From Eledone cirrhosa (taxonomy: Eukaryota): DNA of 64,000 nt. Shown here in pieces: positions 12,452 to 24,710 of this stretch. The stretch lies in assembly GCA_964016885.1 (NCBI GenBank), contig OZ024740.1:255254001-255318000 (forward strand), given 5' to 3'. Each line of letters opens with the position of its first letter. The stretch's first letter is position 1. Both the position numbers and the translations under genes were made by a program. Below the pieces are notes generated by a model. That model did not search any database and was not told where the DNA came from. It saw only the letters and a list, made by a program, of their open reading frames with translations.

Positions 12452-12830
12452 TACGTATGGGTTTACCGAACATTTAATATAATGTTCGCTTTGTTTGTAA
12501 ACAAACAGCCCGAATTAGGCCCTACAGTGTTCGGCAACCATCGTTTCCCTTTTGTTCAACACTGCCAAAAGAACGATGACCTAGTTTCTAGCTTATTAGC
12601 TGTCATCAGCCATTAATATGCATAAGGAAAGTATATACTTTCAAACGTTCAATCGACTGACAGGATGGTGTACGGTGCTGATGACAGCTAATAAGCTAGA
12701 AACTAGTTCATCGTTCCTTTGTCAGTGTTGAACAAAAGAACAACGATGGTTGCGCAAAAACTCTGTACGGCTTAATTCGGGCTGTTTGTTTACAAACAAA
12801 CCGAACATTATAATAAATGTTCGGTAAACC

Positions 12831-12884
<54 letters not shown>

Positions 12885-12978
12885 CATGTATGTATATATA
12901 TACATACTACTGTACGTCTGTATACATATATGTATGTACGTATACATACTTATATATATGTATGTACGTATACATACT

Positions 12979-12980
<2 letters not shown>
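12452..12980. mobile_element. Family B foldback copy
   Basis: Inverted arms joined at TCAGC (12606-12610). HHR 12672-12714(+): ACGGTG-CTGATGA..GAAAC TA GTT-CATCGT. Confidence 0.85.
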
Positions 12981-13010
<30 letters not shown>

Positions 13011-13041
13011 AAAGAATAGAGGTGTAACACACAAGTTATTA

Positions 13042-13412
13042 TATATTGGTAAACGGAATAGAAAATGCTGACAAATTGTTCACAGTTGAAAAATGGTTTA
13101 ATTAGGAATAAAAGAGTATTAGTAATTGTATGGGTTAGTATTCAGTTGTGGTTTTAAGTTTTTAAGTTTTTACCGGTTGCGCATTTCTAAATGCTTTTCA
13201 AAAATAATTTTGAGACAGAGTGTCCGTGTTGTTTGCTCTGATCTGATTAGTTTTGGGAATTCTACCTGTTTTTATGTTAAAAAAGTGGCTCCAGCGCTAC
13301 TTTGTTGTTGCAAAAATTATTGTGGTCAAAACAATTTTGATTGGTCGGTAGAAGTCATGTGAATAAAAAATTGGTTTTGCGCCAAGATTGAGAAATGACT
13401 CTTTCACAACAA

Positions 13413-13450
<38 letters not shown>

Positions 13451-13522
13451 TAGTAGTAGTAGTAAGGTGTTCGATGTTGTGATAATGGTTAGCAGGGATG
13501 TGTGTCAAATGGCTATTAAGAT

Positions 13523-13557
<35 letters not shown>

Positions 13558-13967
13558 TGTGTATATATATAGCAGAGTAATTCGTGGTAGCAGGGCTGGT
13601 CAGTAAGAATTGTCTGTAAGCCATGGGGGGTATTTTAGCATGTCAAAAGATATTTTTTAGCTTTTGTCTTATACGGAAAAGTGCGTGTGTGTGTGCGTGT
13701 ATAAGTCTCTTTGTATGTTAATGTACGCGTGTGTATGTGTGTGTGTATATATATATGTGTGTGTGTGTGTGTGTGAGAGAATGTGTGTGTGTGTGTGTGG
13801 GGGTGGACCAGTATTTTTTCCCCCTGGTAAAATGGTGTACATTATTCGATTTTTTCAGTAAAATCGGTTCTCTTAATAGAACATCAAAAATCTTAACAAT
13901 AAAAGGTGTGAAATGATATTCACTATATATATATATACAGATACATATATTCACTATATATATATAC

Positions 13968-14005
<38 letters not shown>

Positions 14006-15435
14006 ATTTGTCTGTGTTGCACCATAGAGCATGTGTGTTTACGTATGTCATTGAGTTTATATGTTGTTAGAGATGTGTGCTGATGTAGGTATGTATGTTG
14101 ACGTGTGTATGTTGTGGGTTCGTCTTAGGGAGAAGTGTTTATACGGGGTCCGTATTTGTTAATGAAGTAAGATTCCTTGCTGATGCGCTGGGTGTGGGTG
14201 GCATTATCTTTAAATTTGTAGAGGGGAAAGATTCTGAAGTTGGGATGATTTTGGGCGGCACAGGTATCAATGTGTTCACTCAGTGGTATTTTCCTGTATT
14301 CCCGTATTTTAATTTGGGATCTATGGACAGTCATGCGTTGGCGGAGGCTGTTTTTGGTCTAGCCTATGTATTGTTCTCGACAACCTGAGCAAGTTAATAC
14401 ATATATTAGATTTACCGATGCACATGTGAAATTGTGTTTTACTATAAAACGTTGTCCTTCTTTGAAATAGAATTCCGAACCCTCTTTTAAGTTGATGCAA
14501 ATGCCACAGTTGGGTCTATCGCATTTTTTTACTGTGGGTTTCGTTGTTGTGGTTGGCAGTACTGTGTGTTCGTAGGATTTGGTTAATTCTTTGGTCCTTT
14601 TTCAACACAGGGATGTTCTGGAGGATGGTGTCAAAGGCCTCATTGTTGAGGGGGTTGTGTGTGGAGATGTATGGAAGAGCTTTTAGTTTCGGTTGATTTA
14701 CTTTAGGGTGTCTAAGGTCCTGGGTACTGAGTTTTAGGGCACGTTGGATTCCATTGTCAATTAGTGATGCAGGGTAGTCCCTGCCTATTAGTGTGTCCTT
14801 TAGTTCTTGTAGCCGTAAGTAGCAGATGTTTTTATTGGAGACTATAGTACAGATTCTCTTGGCTAAGTTGTAGGGAATATTAATTTTAACGTGTCTAGGG
14901 TGGCAAGAGTTGAAAGGGAGATATTGCTTGGAGTCTGTGGGCTTGTAGTATATGTCTGTTTCTATTATTTCAATCTTGGCGCAAAACCAATTTTTTATTC
15001 ACATGACCTCTACCGACCAATCAAAATTGTTTTGACCACAAGAATTTTTGCAAACACCAAGTAGTGCTGGAGCCACATTTTTAACATAAAAACATTCTTG
15101 GCGCAAAATCAATTTTTTACATTCACATGACCTCTACCGACCAATCAAAATTGTTTTGACCACAATAATTTTTGCAACAACAAAGTAGCGCTGGAGCCAC
15201 TTTTTTAACATAAAAACAGGTAGAATTCCTAAAACTAATCAGATCAGAGCAAACAACACGGACACTCTGTCTCAAAATTATTTTTGAAAAGCATTTAGAA
15301 ATGCGCAACCGGTAAAAACTTAAACACTTAAAACCACAACTGAATACTAACCCATACAATTACTAATACTCTTTTATTCCTAATTAAACCATTTTTCAAC
15401 TGTGAACAATTTGTCAGCATTTTCTATTCCGTTTA

Positions 15436-15441
<6 letters not shown>
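13042..15441 (-). mobile_element. 5'-truncated Neptune-like PLE with inverted terminal segment
   Basis: 14970-14125(-): IETDIYYKPTDSKQYLPFNSCHP, CDRPNCGIC linker, GIY-YIG LIYVLTCSGCREQYIG*T..LRQRMTVH. 13042-13390 is inverted at 14971-15441 with a partial tandem duplication; (TA)n on both sides. Confidence 0.9.
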
Positions 15442-15495
<54 letters not shown>

Positions 15496-15599
15496 AATTA
15501 TTTACCCACATATATCACTGTGATATGGTATATTAACATATATATATATGTTAGGTTTCTCTTCAGTGCTACTGGTAGTATATGTAATCCAGTAAAACC

Positions 15600-15745
15600 T
15601 GTGCATGGTCGGGTCATCGGTCACTAAACCGGCAACCCCACCAAGCTTATTTGGTGAGGAAGGTCATTTTGGACACCCTGCGGGATGAAACACAAAACCC
15701 GTTAAAAGGCGGAGGAACCCAGGAGAGTAAATGGCCATTCAATAA
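15600..15745 (+). mobile_element. RTE-5'UTR-like repeat K (fragment)
   Basis: CATGGTCGGGTC..CTAAAC..GCAACCCCACCAAG matches 31400-31545. Confidence 0.6.
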
Positions 15746-16159
15746 AATTATTTTTTTATTATAGGTATTTTTTTTTTGTGTGTGTAGCGAGAGCCTCCTA
15801 GTCTGTGACTTCGTTTTTGCATCCAATGATGTAGACCAGTTCTTCTTTTTGGACAAATGCATTCGATGTTCAGAGAGTGGGATTAGCCCCGTGCAAAGCC
15901 TTTCCTCACTTAAAAAAGATTCAAACATAAGCATCGCTTGATATGTGACATTTTCTGTGATGGATGGTTTTGCTGGCCATAGGCAAGTTCCTAACAGGAC
16001 TGAAAAGCCACGTCTGTGATGCTCATGTTTAAGTATTAAGCGATGGCATTACTCGAAATCGAGTTGCAGCCACTACACACACATATATACGTTTGTGTAT
16101 GTGCGTGTACGCATATGACAGTACTTTCATAAATCTGATATACATAGCATAGAGGATTC

Positions 16160-16445
16160 ATCTCAATTCAGATAAATTTGCTACGTTACTAGGATAGATG
16201 ATGAAAGACTGCCGTAAAATTACATTTTTGGCCAACTTCAGGCGGCGAGTGTATAATCTAGGAATATCGCTCCTTAGAGACAAAGATAAGTTGAACGATC
16301 CTATCAAATATATTAAAATAGAAGCATCAAAATTTGAGGAATGTTTTGCTCACCGTAATAAGTGGAGAAAAATATGTCGAAGTGGCATCAGGAGGCATGG
16401 CGTCACGAGCTTTGAGCACCTAAAGAATCTAAGGCAAGGTTGAAT
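16160..16445 (+). pseudogene. Old RTE LINE C-terminal remnant
   Basis: YVTRIDDERLP..FGQL..RDKDKL..FEECFAHRNKWRK pattern. Confidence 0.6.
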
Positions 16446-16488
16446 GGGTTCTTGTCAATCGAATTTATTATATATATATATGTGTGTG

Positions 16489-16527
<39 letters not shown>

Positions 16528-16553
16528 GTTATATATATATATATATATATATA

Positions 16554-17281
16554 TACGTTAACTATTTTTCCCATCTTGACGCATATATGTTATAGTCGCA
16601 TATATGTTATAGAATACTATTAGCTTCTCGCTAAAACAATTTCTATACCTTTCATTTATACTTATACTCGGATTCTTTTCCTTGAGTGCTTAAATTATCT
16701 GTGACTAATCCCGGTTTTTTTAATAAAAACTGCGATAATATTGCTGTTTGCTGAACTCCTTTTGTAGAGTTTTTTTCGGAATGTATTTGACTGTTATTTC
16801 TTGTAAACAAACATTCATTTTCATCCTGACGTCACTAGCCCCGTTTTTCCTCATGTGCGTTTTTCATAATCACGCATGATGGTGAACTAGCCAGTTTTAG
16901 AATTCCCTCTTTGGCTTATAATTCTGTGGGAGCCCTGGTTATCTGTTGAGCTCTGCTGACGATTGAAATCCAACCGTGACCATCTCCACTGAAAGTTTTC
17001 ATGAAATTGTCTTTAAGACTATACAGAGCATTTGATGTTTTTCCAAATTGAGGGATAAGTATTTTAAACTTATTTTATCATGAGTTAAGGGTCTATTGAT
17101 TTTTCCCTGGATTTCACTAAATTCTGTGGATGAATTTGTATCCTGATTCTTTTTTGAGATGAGTTTGAATTATTTTTCCTACATCTTACGTTAACTATTT
17201 TTCCCATCTTGACGACATAGTCGCATATATGTTATAGAATACTATTAGCTTCTCGCTAAAACAATTTCTATACCTTTCATT

Positions 17282-17284
<3 letters not shown>
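16554..17284 (+). mobile_element. Family H: 633-bp non-coding monomer with about 100-bp terminal redundancy and a full type I HHR (16950-17029)
   Basis: TACGTTAACTATTTTTCCCATCTTGACG at 16554 and 17187. GCTCTG-CTGACGA-tTGAAA..TTTCAt-GAAAT..GTCT/AGAC..ATA-CAGAGC; (TA)n flanks. Confidence 0.8.
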
Positions 17285-17324
<40 letters not shown>

Positions 17325-17328
<4 letters not shown>

Positions 17329-17922
17329 AAAATTTCGCTCTACATGGCTGAATACAATAAATGTAATCTGAGTTGTTCGAATATTAATAATAACATTCGA
17401 TTCGTTTGCAATTATGCAAACAACCCTCAATTTTATAGCCATTTCAGTAAAATGAACACTTCATTCTTGCTCTTATGTTGGCAGGCGAACAGAACTGCCA
17501 ACTGTCAGAGCTAGTGAAAATATATGCTATTTTCAAAAATACACAGTGACTGTTCAGCCTGATTTGCATATTAGCAGACTGGCTGATCAGTCAGATCTGC
17601 ATATTAGCAGATCCACTGATCAGCCAGATTTGCATATCAGCAGACTGGCTAATCAGTTTCCTGTATACGAGCGATAAATGGCCGATCAGTCACTGTATTT
17701 TTGAAAATAACATATATTTTCACTAGCTCTGACAGTTTGGTAGGTGAACAGTGAGCTGTACTAATGAAGGGTGATACCCAGAAACATTAGTGTCTGCAGT
17801 TCTGTTCGCACGCCAACACAAGAGCAAGAATGAAGGATTCATTCTACTGACATGGCTATAAAATTGAGACTTGTTTGCATTATTGCAAAGGAATCGAATG
17901 TTATTAATATTCGAAAAACTAT
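17325..17922. mobile_element. Family G foldback (pLTR of the PLE at 28660-29640)
   Basis: Inverted arms joined near 17680; mutated HHR core CTAATGA..GAAAC at 17761-17785. Confidence 0.85.
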
Positions 17923-17941
17923 ATATATATATTATATATAT

Positions 17942-17993
<52 letters not shown>

Positions 17994-18000
17994 ATATATA

Positions 18001-18129
<129 letters not shown>

Positions 18130-18134
18130 ATATA

Positions 18135-18186
<52 letters not shown>

Positions 18187-18332
18187 AATTTTGTTTGCTT
18201 TCAAGGAACCACTGGTAAATGAAATAATTATCTTATGTTGTTTATTACATAACTATATATATATATTAATTAAAGTATAATTAGTCTCTAATACGTAAAC
18301 ATCTCAATGACTCAGACAACCAGTATTAAATA

Positions 18333-18506
18333 CAGGTAAAATTCCGTTATGACGAATACCTTTATAACGAATTTTTCAGTATAACGAAATTTGTCTAAAT
18401 CCCGGCCACACGCCCGATGTGTTAGGTCGATCTCGTTATAAAGAATTTTTCGTTACAACGATTTTTTTAATATACCGTGTATTTCATTATAACGGAATTT
18501 CACTTT
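18333..18506. mobile_element. Tc1/mariner (pogo/Tigger-like) MITE, degraded
   Basis: TA-CAGGTAAAATTCCGTTATGACGAA versus TTCATTATAACGGAATTTCACT; internal TATAACGAA repeats. Confidence 0.65.
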
Positions 18507-19523
18507 GAGGGTACAAATCAGATAGACAAAAACAATATTTTAACTAAACTCGTTTATATAAGGATCTCCCTACCGTGGTTTCGCTTGCCGAATCATATAA
18601 GAATCCGTAACACTCTTCAGTGGAGTTTAAATTCTTCAAAAGCTAAGAGAATATTAACCAAGAAATTATATATATTGTTTCATTTGCCGAGGTAGCATGC
18701 TGAAGAAAGAACCACGTTGTGTATTAAAAATATTACATGATAAAAAATATCTTAACATATTAGGACTATGCATACATATATGTAATACACATACATGCAT
18801 ATACGAGCACACACACACACACAAACACGTATAAACATGTTATAAATTAACATAAAATTTGTTTTGTCTCTGTAGCTTTATCAGTAGATCGACTCGGCTT
18901 TAGTCAAAATATGCACAAGTTCACTATGTGACTTTTCACAGTTGTTATCTAATTTACAATGAATGGACTGTTCTTTCCTTGTTATAGACCAGAGCTTATG
19001 GAAAGATTTCCCCAAAAAATGAGAAAACAGAGAGTGTAAGGTTATGTGCGTATGTGCTGCGTGTGTGTAACTGCGTGTGTGTGACTGAGTGTGTAACTGA
19101 GTGTGTGACTTTGTATGTGTATTTCTTTGTGATTGTCTGTGTATAGGGTGGAGGAGAAGGGTGTATGAGGAGCGACCGGAAGTGACAGAAAAAAAAACAA
19201 GGAGAAAGATGAAGTGAAACGAAAATTTAATAAGCAGATGATAAAGTTCTTTATGAACTGATTTGTCTCCCTTAGAAATCTTCACTCTCCGGATTATATG
19301 GGTAGAGAAGACGAATAAGGCGGCTTTTGAATGATGGGTACAATAACGGGTGGAGTGGTGTATAAGGACTGGTTAGTAGGGTGGGGTGGAGACAAAAGTT
19401 TGAAAAGATTGAATACGAATTTGAAATATGTTAATCAGAAATTACTCACCATCTCTGGGTGCTGTACACAAACACACGCACACACACACATACACGCACA
19501 CACACTCACACACACACGCACAC

Positions 19524-19633
<110 letters not shown>

Positions 19634-19897
19634 TTAAGTATGAACATACAAGCACATTTCTAAAACCGAAAGCATCAACACCACTAGTACTGACAATAAC
19701 AGCAGCAACATTAATAGTGATACCAGCCTCAAAATAACAATAGAAACGATGACGGCGACGACAATAAAAACAATACAACTAAAGCAGAAACAACAACGGT
19801 AACAGCATTCAATCCAGTCAAAAACTATAAAAAAGAATTGCATTTGTCACAAATAAGAAGAAGAAGACGAAGAAGAAGAAGAAGAAGAAGAAGAAGA

Positions 19898-20075
19898 TTG
19901 TTTCTACTTTTGGCACAGGGCCAGCAAAAATCCAGTACATTACTGGTACTTTATTTTATCGACCCCGTAAGGATGAAAGGCAAAGTTAATCTCGACGGGA
20001 TTTGAACTCAGACCGTAAAGGGATGTAACTATGCTAGAAAGCATGGCGTCCAACCCTCTACCGATACTGCCAATT
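19898..20075 (-). mobile_element. SINE family 1
   Basis: Same sequence as 6178-6358. Confidence 0.9.
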
Positions 20076-20082
20076 ATAATAA

Positions 20083-22945
20083 TGCTTTCTTTATTAACCA
20101 CAAGGGTTGACATAAAGCATTCTTGCCTTTCTCACCCACCTTTCAATAAACTGGCTGGAATGCAGCACTTCCCTCTCCACCCTGATTTTCCTTTTCAGGT
20201 GAAATCTTCTTCTTCTGGACGTCGTCGCTCGTGTCCTCCACTAACCCGCTATAGAAAACCAAGGTGGAGTTTCCACCGATCGCCTCGCCCGACTGGTCGA
20301 GGGCTGTCAACGCCTGAAGAGATTCCAGTCTCCAAGCACTTCCCCTCGGTCTTTTCTTGAACCAGGACTGCAGCTCCGTCAAGGAGACGAATTGTGGAAA
20401 ACCGTGTCTGGCAAACGACGACCACACCGGTCACTGTCGAGGGAGAGGTGAAGATACCGTAGCTTGAGTGCATGTTTGCGCATCATCAGCCACAGCATGC
20501 TCAACCCTCCGGGTAGCGGGTGTTGACAGCAGATGGACCGCCTGACCGAGAGCCGCAGCAGACCGTCGAGGTAGGCACTAAAGTCCATCCAGCAGCCCAG
20601 CCTGCCGCTGTACCCAAACAGCTGAGCGAAGTGCCGTTGAAAAGCCACACACATTTTCCCGGGATTGAGTAACAAGAGCCTGTGGTGGTCCGCCACTCGA
20701 GCCCATCGAACGGCTTCGTCCCCACGTGTCTGAGAGAACGCGCCCTAGCTCTGATAACGCAGCCTTCGTGCTTTGCGTTAAAGAATTGGTCGAGGAACAA
20801 TCTCGCCGCAAGCATATAGGCCGCGGCGCCTTTACTAAGCGGTTCGTCTAATTTTCTAACCAGTTCTTTCTCTGCTTTATTTTTCTTTATTGCTAACGCC
20901 TTACTAAACCTAATGGTCCCTATTCTAATAGCCCTTTTCAGGACGAACCGCCATTTGTTGTTGACTATTGCCCGTCAACGCCCGCTCAACTAGTTCGCTA
21001 ATCCAGTATCTGTAGGCTTTTCGCGCCGTCAACGACGCACTTAGCTTTCAGTAGCCGGGTCCCTGTCTATGAAGCCTATCTAAATCAACCATACAGATCA
21101 CGAATTTGTGGTCTGTGTAGTCGACTATCTTGAATTGTGGACAGCCTATGCTAGACCTATCTATCTCCCTACAAAATGCCCTATCTAGATAGAATCTGGA
21201 TGACCCGATGCCCACATAGACAGATTCGGGAAATCCAGACGGTACCTGTCAAACAGTTGTAAACGTCTGAGCAGGTTTGCGAGGTTTTTACACCCTCCTC
21301 CCCTATTCACTAATCCCACACAGTCCCAGCGTGCATCTAAGATCCCGTTCCAATCGCCCACTAACACTAAAGAGCGGGGCGCTCCAAGAAAGGTCTCCAG
21401 TCGCCGGAAGATGTCAGGTCGTATGCTTCTGCCGGGGCATAGACGGCCACTAACCTGAATGCTTGCCCTTCTCCGCTGGTCACGTCCAGCACCACCAATT
21501 TACCTTCTGGGTCTAAGAAGACGGCACGTATCTCGAGATCCAGACTTCTCTGGAAAACAGTCACTCTTCCCGCAGATGCTCGTGCATCGGAGATTCTGGT
21601 CTCGCTGATGGCCACCACATCTATGTTTAGCGACCTGAGATCGTTGAGCAGGTGACCCTGCTTCAAAGACGACCCCAGGCCACGTGCATTTATACTGCCT
21701 ATGCTAAGAGAAGCCATGTTGACTAAGTTAGGAGAAAACAATTGTGAGGGGGAAAGTAAAAAAACTTTATCTTTGGCTTTTTTTTTTACGAAGGGGTGGG
21801 TGATACATCCTCCGACCACTGATGAATTTCTCCACGAGAATGTCTGAATATATGGTGTGGGTGGTTCTGGGAGTGTGGCTGTTGATGGTGATGGCTATGG
21901 GGTCGTTGACATTTTCATTTTTTGTTTTGTTTTTTTCCTCCTCTTTTTTGAGAGGGAGGGGGGTTCTTTCCTTTTTTTTCACTGCGATGGTTTTCTACCC
22001 TTCAGCGTCATCGCACTCCCGTTCGATTTAGCCATATCGGGAAGGGGCATGCTCTCCATTAGTCGTGTTGGCTTTGTTGGTTGTGGAGATGGTGTTTTGT
22101 CGTTGGTGTCGCTGGTGCTGGTAGTTTTTCCACCACTGCGGCTTCGAGTGGTTTGGCCTCTTCAGTCGCTGGGCACGGCGTAGGGAGAAGGGAGAGCGTG
22201 TGCCCGCCTTGGTGAGTTTGGGGCAGAAGACCTTTAGGTGTGTTTAGTCTCCGCACCCGTGGAACCTTGGGCACCTAGTTTCGACAGTCACGGGTAGATG
22301 GTTGCCGTCGTCCAGGTCGATCACATCGGAGATGGCCTCTATAGTTTCATGGTTTGATTGGATGATTAGCTCCATCCCCGAGCCTGACCAGTTTCCTGTC
22401 TTATACGCATGACGTCTAAAATTGTTGTTGACTCCTCCGACGTCAGCGAGGACGGCCGCCATCAACCAAGCGATCTCTACTGAAGGTGAAACCTGGGACA
22501 CACCGACTCTCGTGACTCTCTGGCTGCAGTATGTGGGCACCATCTCTGTTTCGTCACTGTGGAGTGGCGTAATGTATTGTGCTCTCGCTTCTTCGGGTGT
22601 AACGAAGAGAACATTCACTGTCCCATACTTCGATCCTCGGGCTATGTAGGTTTTCTGTGCCCAGACGGCACCCATAGCTCTTTGGATCTGCGACTCGGAC
22701 GCCCGTTTCACCCGGTGCGATTTCAGTTCAAGTGTACGGTAGGAGACCGTACACAAACGTCAGTTTTCATGACCTCGGGTGGGTGGGTGAGGCTTACCCT
22801 GTGTCCGATCTTTTTTACCACCGCCTTGGCCTGCCTCATCTCCGTGTCACTAACGCGTACTCGTCCAACACTGTTGACAGCCTTCGCGAATGATGTAGCT
22901 TTGGCGACTCTTGTTTGCTGTGTCGGTTCGTCGTTACTCTTGCTT

Positions 22946-22977
<32 letters not shown>

Positions 22978-23410
22978 GTTGTTGCAGTTGTTGCGGTTGT
23001 CACTGCTGTTGATATGGTTGTCATTGTTGTCGTTCTCACTATTGTTGGTGTTGTTTTTGTTGTTGCTGCTGGTGTTGGCGATATTGCCTGATGTGTCGTT
23101 ACATTTTAAAATTGTTGCAGGAGGGGCAGCGTTATTAGCCTCAACGTTTGAGTCGCTGTCGCACGACAGCAAACTCAAGGTGGGGGGCGTGGCTCCACCA
23201 TGTTTTTTTCCGATAAAAAATGTCTTTTAAACACACAAAGGTTGAATATTTTGGCCAAAATGCCCAAATATTATGGGGGATTCTTTCTTGAGGACAAAGA
23301 CTAAAGTGTTATGCCCTTTTGAAAGAAAAATATAAATAACAAACATATTTAAAACTGTACAAATAACAAACTGACTAGAGCTCATGATAGTACGTCCATA
23401 CGTTACAACG
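20083..23410 (-). mobile_element. L1/Tx1-clade LINE, internally deleted (ORF1 and APE endonuclease kept, RT missing)
   Basis: Frameshifted ORF1 from 23178. ORF2 from 21719: MASLSIGSINARGL..VAISET..LVAVYAP..LVGDWN. 3' end TGTGGTTAATAAAGAAA. Confidence 0.9.
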
Positions 23411-23413
23411 ACC

Positions 23414-23448
<35 letters not shown>

Positions 23449-23464
23449 TAATAATAATAATAAT

Positions 23465-24382
23465 GGTTTCTTTATTGGCCACAAGGGCTAACATGAAGAA
23501 AAACATTACAGACGACACAGAACGATACGAAGTGGGTTTGGCCGTGTAAAAAGGTTATAACAAGAAGATAGAAATGTGTAAAAACAAATCAAAAAATTAA
23601 AACAAGAAAAATTCCCCAAAAGGGGGCAAACCTCCGAGAGTCACTAAATTTGAAAAAGTTAATCAGGGATTCGCCGAAGAGGAAAGTGTCCATCTTCAAT
23701 CCTTTCAACCTTGCCCACCATACAATCTCTTTCACCATGGCCACCAGGCAGATGAAAACTGCCTGCCCTTCTTCCTCTTTAAAGGAGGACGGCGGGGCTA
23801 TCTGCACAATGGACTCAGTCGATAACCAGATCCGTCTTACACGCAACTATTCGACAATGCCCCAAAAGCCGGCAATGCTCGGGCACTGATCGAGTGCGTG
23901 CGCGACGGTTTCGTCACCCTGCGCGCAACCTGGACAAGTTCGGCTGACTGCACTTCCATGCCTGTAGAGCTTATCTCAAACCGGCAACGCTCCCTGGTAG
24001 CACTGCAAGGTCAAAGATTGCTGGAAGATGTCCATAGGCTCCGGGCTGAAAGTTCTCTTGAAGAGAGCGAACAGCTGATCGTCTTCGATGCCCAGGGTCT
24101 CCCTGGGAACGTTGTCGCTCTTCTCCTCCACTAGTCCTCTATAGTACGCCGAGATGGATGTTCCACCGATACTAGTGCCCAGCTGGTAGAAGGCGGTGAG
24201 CGCTTGGAGACATTCCAGCTTCCGAGCGCTATCCCTCGGTCTTTACCTGATACAGGACTGCAGCTCCCTTAATGAGACGAGTTGGGGAAAACACGCCTGG
24301 CATACGGTGACCACACCTGTTCACCGACAAGGAGGCACCAGAGATGTCGCAGCCTCAGCAGATGTTTGCGCATCATCAGCTG
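23465..24382 (-). mobile_element. L1/Tx1 3' fragment with (ATT)n tail
   Basis: zf-RVT-type C-terminus homologous to 55498-56109; tail at 23414-23464. Confidence 0.9.
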
Positions 24383-24527
24383 TAAATTAGAATCAATATG
24401 GTGTATTAACTGGCATAGCAATGTATACAGTGAATTTATATGACCTATGTGTCAGGAAGGCACTTGGCATATATCAGAAAGGATATTGAAGGAAAAGGAA
24501 AAATACCACCAAGAACAACAATGATAA

Positions 24528-24710
24528 TAATTGTTTCTACTTTTAGCACAAGGCCAGCAATTACTCTGTACATTACTGGTACTTTATATTATCTAGCCCG
24601 TTAGGATGAAAGGCAAAGGTAACCTCGGCGCGATTTGTACACAGAATGACAAGGGCCGTAACTCTATGCGTCAAAGCATAGTATCCGACCCTCTACCGAT
24701 ACTGCCAATA
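24528..24710 (-). mobile_element. SINE family 1
   Basis: Family match. Confidence 0.85.

Noticed and set aside
15280-15312. Hammerhead in the Neptune-like terminal repeat (TTGAAAA..GAAATGCGCA)
   Set aside because: Core too degenerate and no convincing helix I; not counted.
13042-15441. DNA transposon with long TIRs
   Set aside because: The interior encodes PLE RT thumb and GIY-YIG; the inversion is the known PLE 5'-inverted structure.
24606-24710. N-terminus of the 279-aa ORF as real protein
   Set aside because: It is antisense SINE sequence fused in frame to the R4/Dong ORF.
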